Notes: a model not told the origin generated them from the sequence alone. A stretch of 60,988 nucleotides of DNA, filler included, from 10 parts of 10 records of this genome joined end to end with filler, not necessarily neighbours in it, one strand, 5' to 3'. Counted from the first letter of the whole stretch, positions 31,708-41,677 are shown. Translations and numbers: made by a program.

Positions 31708-32810
31708 TTGAGAGACCCGTTTAAAGTTATTGTTTGGGGCCCAGGCCGCCTTGGATCGATTTGCATTCGGGAAATCACATTGAATCCCGCGTTAGAACTT
31801 AGCGGCGTTCGCGCGTACAGCGAACATAAAAATAATGTTGACGCAGGAGAGTTGATCGGTATTGGGTCCATTGGCGTCAAAGCCAGTACAGATGTCGAAA
31901 AACTGTTGAAAACAGAGTGCGATGTCGTCATATACAGTGCGCTGGACATTGGCAATTACCATACGGACGATGAAATCATTCAACTGTTGGAGGCGGGTAA
32001 AAACGTCATAACAACGCTTCCGTACCAACACCTGGAGGCCGTTAGAGACCAGGCATTCATTGATCGATTGGAAGCCGCCTGCCAAAAAGGCGGATCGGTC
32101 TTTCATGCAACAGGAGTCGATCCGGACACCGTATGCGACCGCGTCTTACCTGCACTCACGACAATGTGCACCGACATTCGCCATGCACAAATCCAGGAAA
32201 ACTGGAATGTTGGCGCCTTCGGAGTGGAAACGCTGAAGGTGATCGGGTTTGGTGAACAAAATGAGTCCGTCGAGGCAAATTCGGACAGCTTATCGTTCGG
32301 CGACAATTACGGTAAGATGGTTACCTATGCTTGGGCTGAGATGATGGGAGTCTCTTATGACCGTATCGGGGTGACACGAAGCTTTCCGGTGGCACCGGAA
32401 GATATGCAGGCGCCCTCGGGTTTGATGATTCCAAAAGGTACCGTGTGTTGTAATACAACGCGATGGAGCGGCTATGTGGACGCCATCAACAAAGAAAAGC
32501 CTTTTTTTGAGATCGAATACAGCTGGCACGCCGGGGGAAAAGCCTTGCCTGCCCATGTCAAGGCCGATGTAACCGGCTGGGTTCTGTCCATTGAAGGTCG
32601 ACCCAACATGCGCACAGTCATCGACATGAAGGCCGACTTCGAAACCGGCGAACGATATCTGATTCCCGGCAAAAAACTGTTCGAAGCAAGCTATCAAGCT
32701 ATTGCAGCCCCCTGCCTGCAGGAATCCCCCACGTGATGAAATCAGAGCCTGGGATTCTGGCCGTTTTCCACTACGATCATCACTGGGTACCTGATCTACG
32801 CAAAGTATAA
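31708..32810 (+). CDS. DapB-N/2,4-diaminopentanoate (amine) dehydrogenase-like oxidoreductase, with a 1-nt frameshift near 32721
   Basis: WGPGRLG Rossmann motif, LEAGKNVIT, ATGVDPD, IEGRP. The family-typical tail IPHVMKSEPGIL continues in the shifted frame to TAA32810. Confidence 0.7.
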
Positions 32811-32881
32811 ATGCTTGACTGGCCTTTTTTACCAGCTGCGGTTAACTCTCAACCATATTGTCCATGAATTGTGGATTTTTT

Positions 32882-32999
32882 AATTCCCCCAAATTGATGC
32901 GCCCATCTTCGCGTTGCATCAACGGCCACAGAACACTTGCATGCAACCGTTGATGCGCCTTGAAGATGAACTCAAGCCTGGCGCAATGAAGGGGGAGTT
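32882..32999. repeat. Nested inverted-repeat element (REPIN/MITE-like)
   Basis: GCATCAACGG (32916-25) pairs with CCGTTGATGC (32947-56); CATCTTC with GAAGATG; TGCGCC with GGCGCA; outer TTCCCC with GGGGAG. Confidence 0.6.
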
Positions 33000-33053
33000 C
33001 TTTTATCCCCAATCATTAACAAATAATCATTACCTTCTGAATGGGCGGATCAA

Positions 33054-34166
33054 ATGCTACGTAACGATTCTGTAAAAATCAACCACACGCTGCACCTCGA
33101 TCAAGCCAGTTCACGGCAAATCACCACGGGCACCTGGCTGTGGATCGCAAACGGAGCCTTCTGGTTCATGCTCGCCGTCTACGTCTGGGGGGCCTGGATT
33201 ACGGGGCCGGACTTCACGGAAAACGCCATCGGACGGGACCTGGCACCTCGCGGCTACGTGATCTGGATACGAACCGTGGAGATCGTCTCCATCCTTTTGG
33301 CCATCTTTCAGATCTGGTACTTCGTGATCCGCCCCAAGATCAAAACGGGAAAGATCTCCTTCGACGGCCTCTTCTTTCTGGCCTGCTGGACCCTGTATCT
33401 CCAGGAGCCCTGTCTCAACTACAACAACCACCAGTTCCTCTACACCACGGTTTCCTATAACGTCGGTTCCTGGTGCAATTACTTCCCCGGCTGGAACAGT
33501 CCCAACGCCGAGTTGATGCCCGTGGGCAGCATCATCTGGTGTACGGCCTATCTCAGCCTGGTCGCCTTGTGGGCCTATTCCGGGTCTGCCTTTATGCGCT
33601 GGCTCAAATCCAAAAGCCCCGGGATGTCGGGCCTCGAACTGATCCTGGTGACCTTCGTGTTTTTCATCCCCTTCGACCTGGTGCTCGAGCAGATCATCCT
33701 GCGGGGCGAGCTGTTCAACTACGCCAGCGTGGTCCCGGAACTCTCCTTGTGGGCCGGCGAAAAACACCAATTCCCCTTGTACGAGACCCTCAGCTGGTGC
33801 ACCACCCTCACCGCCTGGTCGGCGGTCCACTATTTCCGCAACGACCAGGGAGAGACTTTCGCCGAACGGGGATTGAGCAAGATCCGCTTCCGAAGCGAAG
33901 GCTTGAAAACCTTCACCCGTTTCATCGTCATCATGGGATTTTGCCATGTCCTCTTTTTGGCCTTTTACAACATCCCCTATCTGTACTGGAGCACCAAGGG
34001 CGGTGCCTACCCCGACTATGCCCCGTACCGCATCGCAGGCGTATGCGGCCCCGACACCAACTTCGATTGTCCCGACCGGCACGTACCGGTGGTGAAAAAG
34101 CACAGCCCGACCAACCGAATGATACCTTTGGCGGAACTGCCCGTACAACCAGCCACACGGGATTGA
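33054..34166 (+). CDS. Spirocyclase AveC-family membrane protein
   Basis: Multi-TM; W..LQEP..NY...FLY...NVGSW...PGW, LSLWAG..HQFPLYE and RNDQGETFAERG motifs. Confidence 0.75.
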   Translation: MLRNDSVKINHTLHLDQASSRQITTGTWLWIANGAFWFMLAVYVWGAWITGPDFTENAIGRDLAPRGYVIWIRTVEIVSILLAIFQIWYFVIRPKIKTGKISFDGLFFLACWTLYLQEPCLNYNNHQFLYTTVSYNVGSWCNYFPGWNSPNAELMPVGSIIWCTAYLSLVALWAYSGSAFMRWLKSKSPGMSGLELILVTFVFFIPFDLVLEQIILRGELFNYASVVPELSLWAGEKHQFPLYETLSWCTTLTAWSAVHYFRNDQGETFAERGLSKIRFRSEGLKTFTRFIVIMGFCHVLFLAFYNIPYLYWSTKGGAYPDYAPYRIAGVCGPDTNFDCPDRHVPVVKKHSPTNRMIPLAELPVQPATRD

Positions 34167-34271
34167 CGGGTCTAAGATTTCAACGCTTCGACTGAAGAAT
34201 AAAACCTAACAACAGGTGTATTCCATAACAAAGAAAGGGGAACAAAAGTACGGGAGGGGGACGCCCTTAAC

Positions 34272-35285
34272 TCATATACTTTGCAAATTTTCGTACCCAT
34301 TTTCCTCCGCAATCACCCGCCCTCGAACGACCGCCTTGCTGACCGCCAGCGTGGAGATGCCGAGGCGTCGCGCCATGGCCGTCATGCTTTCCCATAGTTC
34401 CCGGACGGCCCAGTAGCAGAGCAGGCTGCGCGCTTTCACCTGGATCCGGGATTTACCCGTTTGCCAGACTTGTTCGGCCTGCATGTCCAGCAATTCGGCA
34501 ACGCGGACGGCGAGGCTGTCCAGGTCGATCCCGGCGGCTTTCAGGGCGTATTGTCGTTCATATCTTTCCTGGTTTGCGGCCAGTACATTTTTCACGAACT
34601 CCCCATCACCCAATATGCGTTCATCGCTCTTTACGTGGGTGTTATCCTTTCTCATTTCCTTGACCGCTGCTCAGCCACCCATGCTGCGGATCAAACCGCC
34701 GCCGATCAGATCCTTGCGCCGTCCCTCGTCGATGCCATTGGTGACAAATGCCCGGTAACCGCGCCGCGCCGGTCCGAACGCTTTACCGAAATAAGCCAGC
34801 ACTGCTTCCGTATTCTGCCAGGGGCGGGTATGCTTGGCCATGATGACCCCATGACCGCTGAACGGATATTCCCCCAATTTTTTAATATCCGTAACCAGTC
34901 TGGCGCGCAACGGGTTCAGATGGATGTAGCGCACCAGTTCGAGCAGGTAGGGCTCTTCCTGACAAAGAATCGACTTGTAGCGGTTCTGGCACAGGTGACC
35001 ATGGCGCTTATGACGGCGGTTGAAACTGACGGCGTGACCGGTCAGAAGGCGGCGCATCGTGGTGGCAAGAGGTGCGCTGCCGGTTTGTAGCAGCAGATGA
35101 AAATGGTTGGGGATAAGCGCCCACGCGTAACAGACCGCTTCGGTGTGATCGAGGACATCCTCAAGTCGATCAAGAAAATCGTACCGGTCCTGATCGTCCA
35201 GGAATATTTTGCGGCGTTCGATGCCACGGACGATGACGTGGTGCAGGGCGCCAGGCGCGTCGATGCGGGATTGTCGGTGGACAAT
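34272..35285 (-). pseudogene. REP-associated tyrosine transposase (Y1 HUH, RAYT-like) pseudogene
   Basis: RQSRIDAPGALHHVIVRGIERRKIF, PNHFHLL and LVRYIHLNP. In-frame TGA at 34671-34673 replaces the W of GGW, and the expected MPR start is eroded. Confidence 0.8.
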
Positions 35286-35882
35286 ACCGTTTTCAAGTTG
35301 ATATTCATCGCGAAGATTGACTCCTTTTAAGCCCCAGACCCGAGCGATGGAACGGCATAGTCGAACCCATTGCTCACGGTTCGGCCGACATTCCTGTTTT
35401 TCACACAACAATTCAAACATTCATTTGTCATATTCAAAATAACACTTTACACATTCCATTGCCGCTGTTAAAAATGGTTATTATTTAAACGATTCCATTC
35501 AGAAAATGCATTTCGATCCGGCTGATCCGGTTCGGTTTTCATGGAAACCTTCCTAACCCGCAAAAAAGAAAGCGAATCGGCTTATTGAAAAANNNNNNNN
35601 NNNNNNNNNNNNNNNNNNNNNNNNNNNNNNNNNNNNTTAATTAATTAANNNNNNNNNNNNNNNNNNNNNNNNNNNNNNNNNNNNNNNNNNNNAAAACAGC
35701 AGATCGGTATTGTATTCCTTTTAGTCTTGATGGAGTGAGCTGCTGTCTGGAATTTACCAACAGAGGGTATTTAGGAATAAGTGTATCCTGTCAGTATTAT
35801 GATGTTAAAAAGATTGCCTTTAAACTGAGGATAATCGAGAGAGTTGTTCTTGATTATATTATTGACTGTATCGTAATTAGTG

Positions 35883-36206
35883 ATGATGATTGAGGGGCAA
35901 ACCGTGATATCTGAAAAGGGGATACTGGGGTTGGTCAAGCATACACTGGAGAGGAAGAGGGTGACTGAGCGGGACAAGCAGGATGCGCAGAGGTATATTA
36001 GGAGGTATCTCAGGGAGCATGAGTTTAAGAGTAGTTTTGATAAGCCATGGATACGATTATTGCTGATAAGATTACTGGTATTATTTAATAAGAAGAGTAT
36101 CAAGCGCAAGAATAAACTCAAGCATCTTGAAGAGATTGCGTGTTATAAGAAAAATAGGCGGAAGCAGGAGGCATTGGAAGAGGATGGCGAAGAAGCTGGT
36201 GTATGA
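35883..36206 (+). CDS. Hypothetical basic phage protein
   Basis: ORF in the phage orientation; K/R-rich; start uncertain. Confidence 0.5.
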   Translation: MMIEGQTVISEKGILGLVKHTLERKRVTERDKQDAQRYIRRYLREHEFKSSFDKPWIRLLLIRLLVLFNKKSIKRKNKLKHLEEIACYKKNRRKQEALEEDGEEAGV

Positions 36207-36974
36207 TGTGTATAATGTGCCGCATATGCTGAATGTGTGTACTGAGGTGTCGTCGAAGATTAGGGATGGGAAGAGGTTTGTCTTGAAGGTTGAGGAGGTG
36301 ACGAGGAGGAAGTCACTCAAGCAGCTTGGGAATCTCTTCGGGAATATCCTGACACCGTTTGCTGAGTATATCAGTGCTGAGTACGGGAATGAGATCGATG
36401 TCTTGACTCTGGAGCGGCAGCTACTTAGTATCTACAATACTCAGGTGGAAGAGCCAAGCATGACCTATACTTTTGACTTTGCGACAATGCAGCCTGAAGC
36501 TATACCTGTTCGGCTCTCTGCCATGACTACAGCGCAGGCAGGAGTTTCACCAATTGGCTGATTGAGTTTTTGCGGGAGAAGTTTCCGGATCTGCAGCTGC
36601 CGCCTTACCTGGACTATCTCTGGATGAACAGAATCACTGCTGAGAAGATCAGGTTGGTGGAGTATGAAGAGCAGAAGTTTGCGGATGCTGACAGGAGCTA
36701 TCTCGATTATGTCAGAAGCAAACCCTGTATTGTCTGTGGGAAGGTGGTGGCAGGAAGTAATGAAGCGCATCACCTCAGGGATAGCAGTCTTGGTTCTGGG
36801 GTGGCGCAGAAGGTGGCGGATTATTATACTGTACCGCTCTGTCAGCGGTGTCATAGGATGCTGCATGACTCAGGTACGGGAGAACTGGCGGAATTGATTG
36901 CACCTGTGCTGCATGGTTATGAGCTCAGTCTTTTCTGCAAGATGTGTTATTACAGGTGGAAGAATCATTTATAG
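36184..36974 (+). CDS. NinB/YbcN-like plus DUF968-type HNH/Zn-finger protein, split by a 1-nt frameshift near 36541
   Basis: RRKSLKQ...LSAMTTAQAG joins (S)FTNWLIEFLREK...YLDYVRSKPCIVCG...AHH...VPLCQRCHRMLH if one base is restored. Confidence 0.6.
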
Positions 36975-36989
36975 GAGGATAGTATAGCT

Positions 36990-37166
36990 ATGTGTCTAAG
37001 TCAGTCATTTGTGAATAGGTGTGGCGGATTAAAAGATGGGTTTGCTGAAACTGGAGTGCATAGGAACGCACGTCAGAATAGAGAAATGATGCGACGGGAG
37101 GTGGAGCGGAGATGGGTTGAGGCACAGAGAGATCCGTGGATAGGCAGACACGGCATAAAAAAATAA
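36990..37166 (+). CDS. Small hypothetical phage protein (58 aa)
   Basis: AGGAGG RBS; MCLSQSFVNRCGG...RHGIKK. Confidence 0.5.
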   Translation: MCLSQSFVNRCGGLKDGFAETGVHRNARQNREMMRREVERRWVEAQRDPWIGRHGIKK

Positions 37167-37173
37167 TTTATGT

Positions 37174-37202
37174 TTGACTTCTCAACCTTAACCGTATATA
37201 AA
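37174..37202 (+). promoter_or_regulatory. Sigma70-type phage promoter
   Basis: TTGACT-N17-TATAAA. Confidence 0.7.
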
Positions 37203-37288
37203 TAAACATGCACTGGGTATGAAAGGGTCACTGGGCGAGGCCGGGCATGGTCATCGGATAGCTCAAACCTTGCGATTCGTACTTTATC

Positions 37289-37369
37289 GACAGGATAGTA
37301 AATCGGCGGAAACGTCCGGTGGTCGAAGGATTATGGACTCTTACGGGTTCAGATTCTCATATTCTGTCA
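37289..37369 (+). ncRNA. tRNA-like (degenerate) structured RNA
   Basis: GACAGGA/TTCTGTC(A) acceptor-like stem followed by TAG, GG in a D-like loop, GGGTTCAGATTC T-loop-like motif. 81 nt; anticodon arm non-canonical. Confidence 0.45.
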
Positions 37370-37391
37370 TGACATCTTAATTAATTCTCTC

Positions 37392-37422
37392 AACCAATCG
37401 GATAAAACCGGTTGGTTTTTTT
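37392..37422 (+). terminator. Rho-independent terminator
   Basis: AACCAATCGG-ATAAAA-CCGGTTGGTT followed by a T-run. Confidence 0.75.
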
Positions 37423-37453
37423 ATTGCCTATATGCAATGGGAGAGGATTGATT

Positions 37454-38026
37454 ATGAGTGACATTTCTTTATTTACAAATCAAAAGCTGGGAGCAGAGCT
37501 CAGGATTGTATCAAAAGACGGTGAGCCGTGGTTTGTTGCAAAGGACATTTGTTATGCTCTTGAAATTCAGAATGTAACGCAGGCTCTGGATAAAGCAGAT
37601 CTTGATGAAGATGAACGGTCTATCTTAAAGATAGGGCGACAGGGAGAAGTAAACATTGTCTCTGAGTCTGGTTTGTATGCTCTGGTCATGAACAGTCGCA
37701 AGCCGCAGGCGAAAGAGTTCAAACGTTGGGTACGCAAGGAAGTACTGCCGTCTATTCGTAAGACTGGCGGTTACTCTGCTGCTGAGGGAGATGCTGCGTT
37801 GATGCTGGCGAAGAAGATTGTTGCGCAGGCAGAAGAGATCGATAATCTTAAAGACCATACTAAGGTATTCGGCAACCAGACGCCATTGGGTGAACTGAGT
37901 GAGATTACCGGCTGTCCAAAGCAGTTCCCCGTTCGTGGTTATCTAAGGTCAGACAGACGGATCAAACGTATTACAGTGACTGAAGAGTATGATCTGTTCA
38001 CCTATGCTGGGGAGGGTGAAGAATGA
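37454..38026 (+). CDS. BRO-N domain antirepressor-like protein
   Basis: DGEPWFVAKDIC, VSESGLYAL...SRKPQAKEFKRWV..EVLPSIRKTGGY; GAGAGGA RBS. Confidence 0.92.
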   Translation: MSDISLFTNQKLGAELRIVSKDGEPWFVAKDICYALEIQNVTQALDKADLDEDERSILKIGRQGEVNIVSESGLYALVMNSRKPQAKEFKRWVRKEVLPSIRKTGGYSAAEGDAALMLAKKIVAQAEEIDNLKDHTKVFGNQTPLGELSEITGCPKQFPVRGYLRSDRRIKRITVTEEYDLFTYAGEGEE

Positions 38027-38355
38027 TGGATGCACCTTCTGTCGAGACACACAAAGAAAAGTTTTCAACCAAGCAGGGGCAGGTAACATTTGTCCCTGAC
38101 ATGCTCAAGTCTGTCTCATTTATTGCAACAATCATCTATGGAGCGATTACACTACTCTCGCTCTTTATTGCCTGTTTGCTTCTCTACAGTATCGCTGGGG
38201 TTGCACTCTCAATTCTTGCTATGGCTTTCTCATACGCTTCACAATCATTCTACACTCACGGCATGGATAAACCTCGACTGAATAAGTTGGGGCATGTCTT
38301 TATGGTGTTGGCGGTATTGGCTGGGGTGGGTGCTGGGGTCTGTATTCTGTTATAA
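38023..38355 (+). CDS. Small phage membrane protein (about 3 TM)
   Basis: Three hydrophobic segments; start could be ATG38101. Confidence 0.6.
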   Translation: MMDAPSVETHKEKFSTKQGQVTFVPDMLKSVSFIATIIYGAITLLSLFIACLLLYSIAGVALSILAMAFSYASQSFYTHGMDKPRLNKLGHVFMVLAVLAGVGAGVCILL

Positions 38356-38365
38356 GGTGGACAAT

Positions 38366-38848
38366 ATGGGGGAAGAAGAGAATAAGGTTGGGCGTCCAAC
38401 AAAGTATAAGAATATCAATCTGAGTCAGGTGGAGAAGTTCTGTAGGCTGGGGGCGACTGACAAGGAGCTTGCTGATTTTCTGGAGGTGTCTGAGAGTACT
38501 ATCAATAGTTGGAAGCTTGAGCATGATGAATTTCTGGAGTCCGTAACGTGTGGGAAGCGGTATAGCGATGAGGCGGTGGTGGGGAGTCTGTATGGAAGAG
38601 CACTGGGGAGTGTCAGAGAAATCAAGGAAGACAGGCTGAACAAGGATGGTGAAGTTGTTACTCTCATCAAAGAAGTATTGGTTATCGCTGATGTTAAAGC
38701 TTGTGAGTTTTGGTTGAAGAACAGGAGGCCTGCGGAGTGGAGGGAGAAGCAGGAGGTGCAGCATAGTCTGGCTGATGACTTTGCGAGCATGGCGGATGAG
38801 CTTGATGACGAACTGGATGATGAGGAGTCTGAAGAGCCTGAGGAGTGA
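38366..38848 (+). CDS. terS: Terminase small subunit
   Basis: GRPTKY, LGATDKELADFLEVSESTINSWK HTH, FWLKNRRPAEWREK; upstream of terL. Confidence 0.85.
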   Translation: MGEEENKVGRPTKYKNINLSQVEKFCRLGATDKELADFLEVSESTINSWKLEHDEFLESVTCGKRYSDEAVVGSLYGRALGSVREIKEDRLNKDGEVVTLIKEVLVIADVKACEFWLKNRRPAEWREKQEVQHSLADDFASMADELDDELDDEESEEPEE

Positions 38849-38875
38849 CTAGGGGTATCGTGGGGAGTTATATAA

Positions 38876-40318
38876 GTGCTTGATCCGGGGAGAGTGAGGT
38901 TAAAGAAGAGGCTCAGGGCGTGGCGTAAAGACCTGGGGCTTTTCATGAAGCAGGCTCTGAAAGCCAAACTGACCACGCAGCAGCAGATGGCAGCAGATGC
39001 ACTCTCTGAGGAAGGAGCGAGGGTAAGTATCAAGGCTGGTCACGGGGTGGGGAAGTCTTTCTTTGCGGCTGGGGCGTGTCTCTGGCTGATTACTTGCTTC
39101 AGTGATTCGTGTGTGTATTGCACAGCGCCGACGGCAGCGCAGCTCAATCTGGTACTCCATAAAGAGATCACGCAGGCTGTAAGGCGGATGCCGGCATGGC
39201 TGCAGAGCCTGTATACCGACAATGATGATCTGGTCTACTTCGGGGCTACCAAGAAGGACAGGTTTATTGCCTTTCGGTCTACAGCCAACGGCAATGAAGA
39301 GGCGATGCAGGGGGCGCATGCAAAGCATATCCTCTTTGTGCAGGAGGAAGCGGGTGGGGTTTCTGATGCGGTGCAGCCGGTTATCAAGGGTGCGTTATCC
39401 ACGTCTGGCGCACGCAGTCTCAAGATCGGTAATCCGGTCAAGCCTTATGGGCATTTTTACAACGACTTTCACAGGAATAAGGACAACCCCAATCTCAAGA
39501 CCTTTACCTTCTCCTGTCTGGATAGCCTTATCTCTGACGGTGGGCTGGTATCAGACGAGTACATAGAGGACTGCAAGCGGGATTATGGTATCGGGTCTGA
39601 CCTCTGGCGGAGTCGTGTTATTGGTGAGTTTCCAAGAGCGGGAGAAAAGCAGTTGATTGCAACAGATTTACTCGAAGCAGCATTTCAGCGTAAGCTGGCA
39701 GTGGGTTCACAGGATTATGCACCGAATATTCTCGGGGTCGATGTCTGTGAGGGTGGCTCTGACAGGGCTGTTATTGTGCAGAGGCAGGGGCAGGCCTCGA
39801 AGGTGTTGTGGTGGAAGTATGGGGCGAGGGCTGAGGAGATTGGTGAGCAGGTGATGCTCTTCGGGCTGCAGCTGGATGCTGACTATATATTTGTGGATTA
39901 CACCGGTGTCGGTTCAGGGACTATCACCTATCTCAATCAGTACAACTATCCGGTTGTGCCGATTCACTTTGGGAGTGTCTCTGGCAATATCGAACTGTAC
40001 TACAACAAGCGAGCAGAGATGTACAAGACATTTGAGCAGTGGCTGGATACCGGCGGGGCTATCTATACCCACGATCATGAGGGCAATGATATCAGTGGTA
40101 AGATATCGGCGCAGACTACAGCTATCAGCTATATGCTGACTATCAAGGATCAACTCCAATTGGTGCGTAAGGAGGATATCAAGAAGGAGACCGGTGAGAG
40201 TCCAGACTTTGCTGATGCGTTTGCGTTGACCTTTGCTGGTGGGATGACTCCGCCGAAGGTAGAGAAGGGGCAGGCTCAAGGCTCAGGGGGTAAGGCGAGA
40301 CAGGAATTTGATTTTTAG
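38876..40318 (+). CDS. terL: Terminase large subunit
   Basis: Walker A AGHGVGKS, APT..QL, EEAGGV, IGNP, GEFP, GVDV...GSD, NKRAEM and SPDFADAFALTFA motifs. Confidence 0.92.
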   Translation: MLDPGRVRLKKRLRAWRKDLGLFMKQALKAKLTTQQQMAADALSEEGARVSIKAGHGVGKSFFAAGACLWLITCFSDSCVYCTAPTAAQLNLVLHKEITQAVRRMPAWLQSLYTDNDDLVYFGATKKDRFIAFRSTANGNEEAMQGAHAKHILFVQEEAGGVSDAVQPVIKGALSTSGARSLKIGNPVKPYGHFYNDFHRNKDNPNLKTFTFSCLDSLISDGGLVSDEYIEDCKRDYGIGSDLWRSRVIGEFPRAGEKQLIATDLLEAAFQRKLAVGSQDYAPNILGVDVCEGGSDRAVIVQRQGQASKVLWWKYGARAEEIGEQVMLFGLQLDADYIFVDYTGVGSGTITYLNQYNYPVVPIHFGSVSGNIELYYNKRAEMYKTFEQWLDTGGAIYTHDHEGNDISGKISAQTTAISYMLTIKDQLQLVRKEDIKKETGESPDFADAFALTFAGGMTPPKVEKGQAQGSGGKARQEFDF

Positions 40319-40332
40319 GAAAGGGTAATTAT

Positions 40333-40635
40333 ATGTGTATGGGTAATACAGGAAGTAGTGACAACAGTGCTGCTGTGGCGGCGCAGATGGCTGCGCAGCA
40401 GGAGGCGGCTGCAACCAGAGCTGAGACTGAGAGGCGCAATGCTGCGTTAGAGGCAGAGCGTGAGGATGAGGCAAGGCGTGAAGAGCAGGAGCAGGCGGAA
40501 GCGGCTGCCACTCAGAAAGCAGAAGCTACAAAGGCGGAAGCGACAAAGCTGAAGCAAGCCAACTCGGTCTGGGGTGAGGAAGAGGATGAGCAGGCGGCAC
40601 TCTATACAAACGGCAAGGAACTGATGGGAGCGTAA
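40333..40635 (+). CDS. Small Ala/Glu-rich virion-associated protein (MCMG... type) preceding the portal
   Basis: Coiled-coil, position between terL and portal, GGAAAGG RBS. Confidence 0.65.
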   Translation: MCMGNTGSSDNSAAVAAQMAAQQEAAATRAETERRNAALEAEREDEARREEQEQAEAAATQKAEATKAEATKLKQANSVWGEEEDEQAALYTNGKELMGA

Positions 40636-40638
40636 GCT

Positions 40639-41677
40639 ATGGAGAAGGGTGACAATACACACTCAGAGATGCTGAATAAGCTGACCAGTTCACTTGAGAG
40701 TGAGTTCAATGAAGAGCTTGAAAATTTCCGTGATATACGTTCATTCATCTATCCTGATTCGGGTGACGCGTTGGTGGGTGAATACAAAAGACCGGAGTTC
40801 AGGACACTGTACAAGAATATTCTCGATCTGGTAACTATCGACTGTGTGGATACGCTGGCAGCTGGTATGGAGTCGGGGATGGTTTCGCCATTCAAGGACT
40901 GGATGAAGCTGGAGTTCAATCTCCCTGATGAAATGGTGGATCTGCAGGCTAAGAAATGGCTTGATCATGTCTCTGAGATTATGATGGATATCTTCAAGGA
41001 TCATGACTTTTATCAGGCGATTCTTGGGCAGCTCCGTGATACTGGTCTATATGGTACTTCGGCTATGCTTATCGAGGAGGTTGAGGACAGGATTGTTTTT
41101 CAGGCTATTCCGATGGGTGAGTTCTATCTCGGTTCTGACTATAACGGCAAGGCTGATGTCTTTGCTCGTAAGCTGTATATGACTGCACGGCAGATTGTGC
41201 AGCGGTATGGGTTGACGGATAGGCTGCCTGATGCTGTAGTGAATGCATATCACAATCAGGATCACAACCAGCGGTTTGTTGTCTGGCATATCATCATGCC
41301 GCGTGAAGAAGCTTATCAGTCTTTGCAGGGTGAGTACGGAAGCAGGTTGGCGAAGGAGATGCCCTGGGCTTCATATCACTATCTGGAGATAGGCAAGGAG
41401 AATACCACCGGTGAGGATGCTAATGTAATATTGGATGAGAGCGGGTATGAGGAGAAGCCCTTTACTGCACCGAGGTGGCAGAGAGAAGGGCGGCGAACCT
41501 ATGGTGTGGGGTGTGGACATAAGGCTTTGTCTGCCTGCAAGCGGTTACGTCGTGAGGTCTGGGAGTATATGCTGAACCTTGCTCTCAATAATAACCCGCC
41601 CACTAAGTCACCTGGAACAAAGCCGTTGGTGCTGGATATGTCACCCGGTGGAATCAATCCTACACAGGCGAACAGTC
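40639..41677 (+). CDS. Head-to-tail connector/portal protein (T7 gp8/BPP-1 Bbp21-like), 3' truncated
   Basis: LAAGM.SGMVSP...W, WL..V...M, YGTSAM, RK..MTARQIVQRYG and ESGYEEKPF.APRW...YG motifs. Confidence 0.85.

Larger units (their letters stand above)
35693..41677 (+). mobile_element. Tailed phage/prophage fragment (nin-like region, BRO, terminases, portal)
   Basis: Co-oriented compact genes, including terS, terL and a head-tail connector. Confidence 0.92.

Noticed and set aside
33111-34195. Long alternative-frame ORFs (345 aa on -, 240 aa on +) over the AveC-like gene; likewise 48928-50040, 2273-2947 and 15889-16584
   Set aside because: Shadow ORFs caused by high GC3 codon bias in real genes; no protein motifs.
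35693-41677. Alternative genetic code in the phage
   Set aside because: terS, terL and portal are intact in code 11; the one break is a frameshift, not an in-frame stop.
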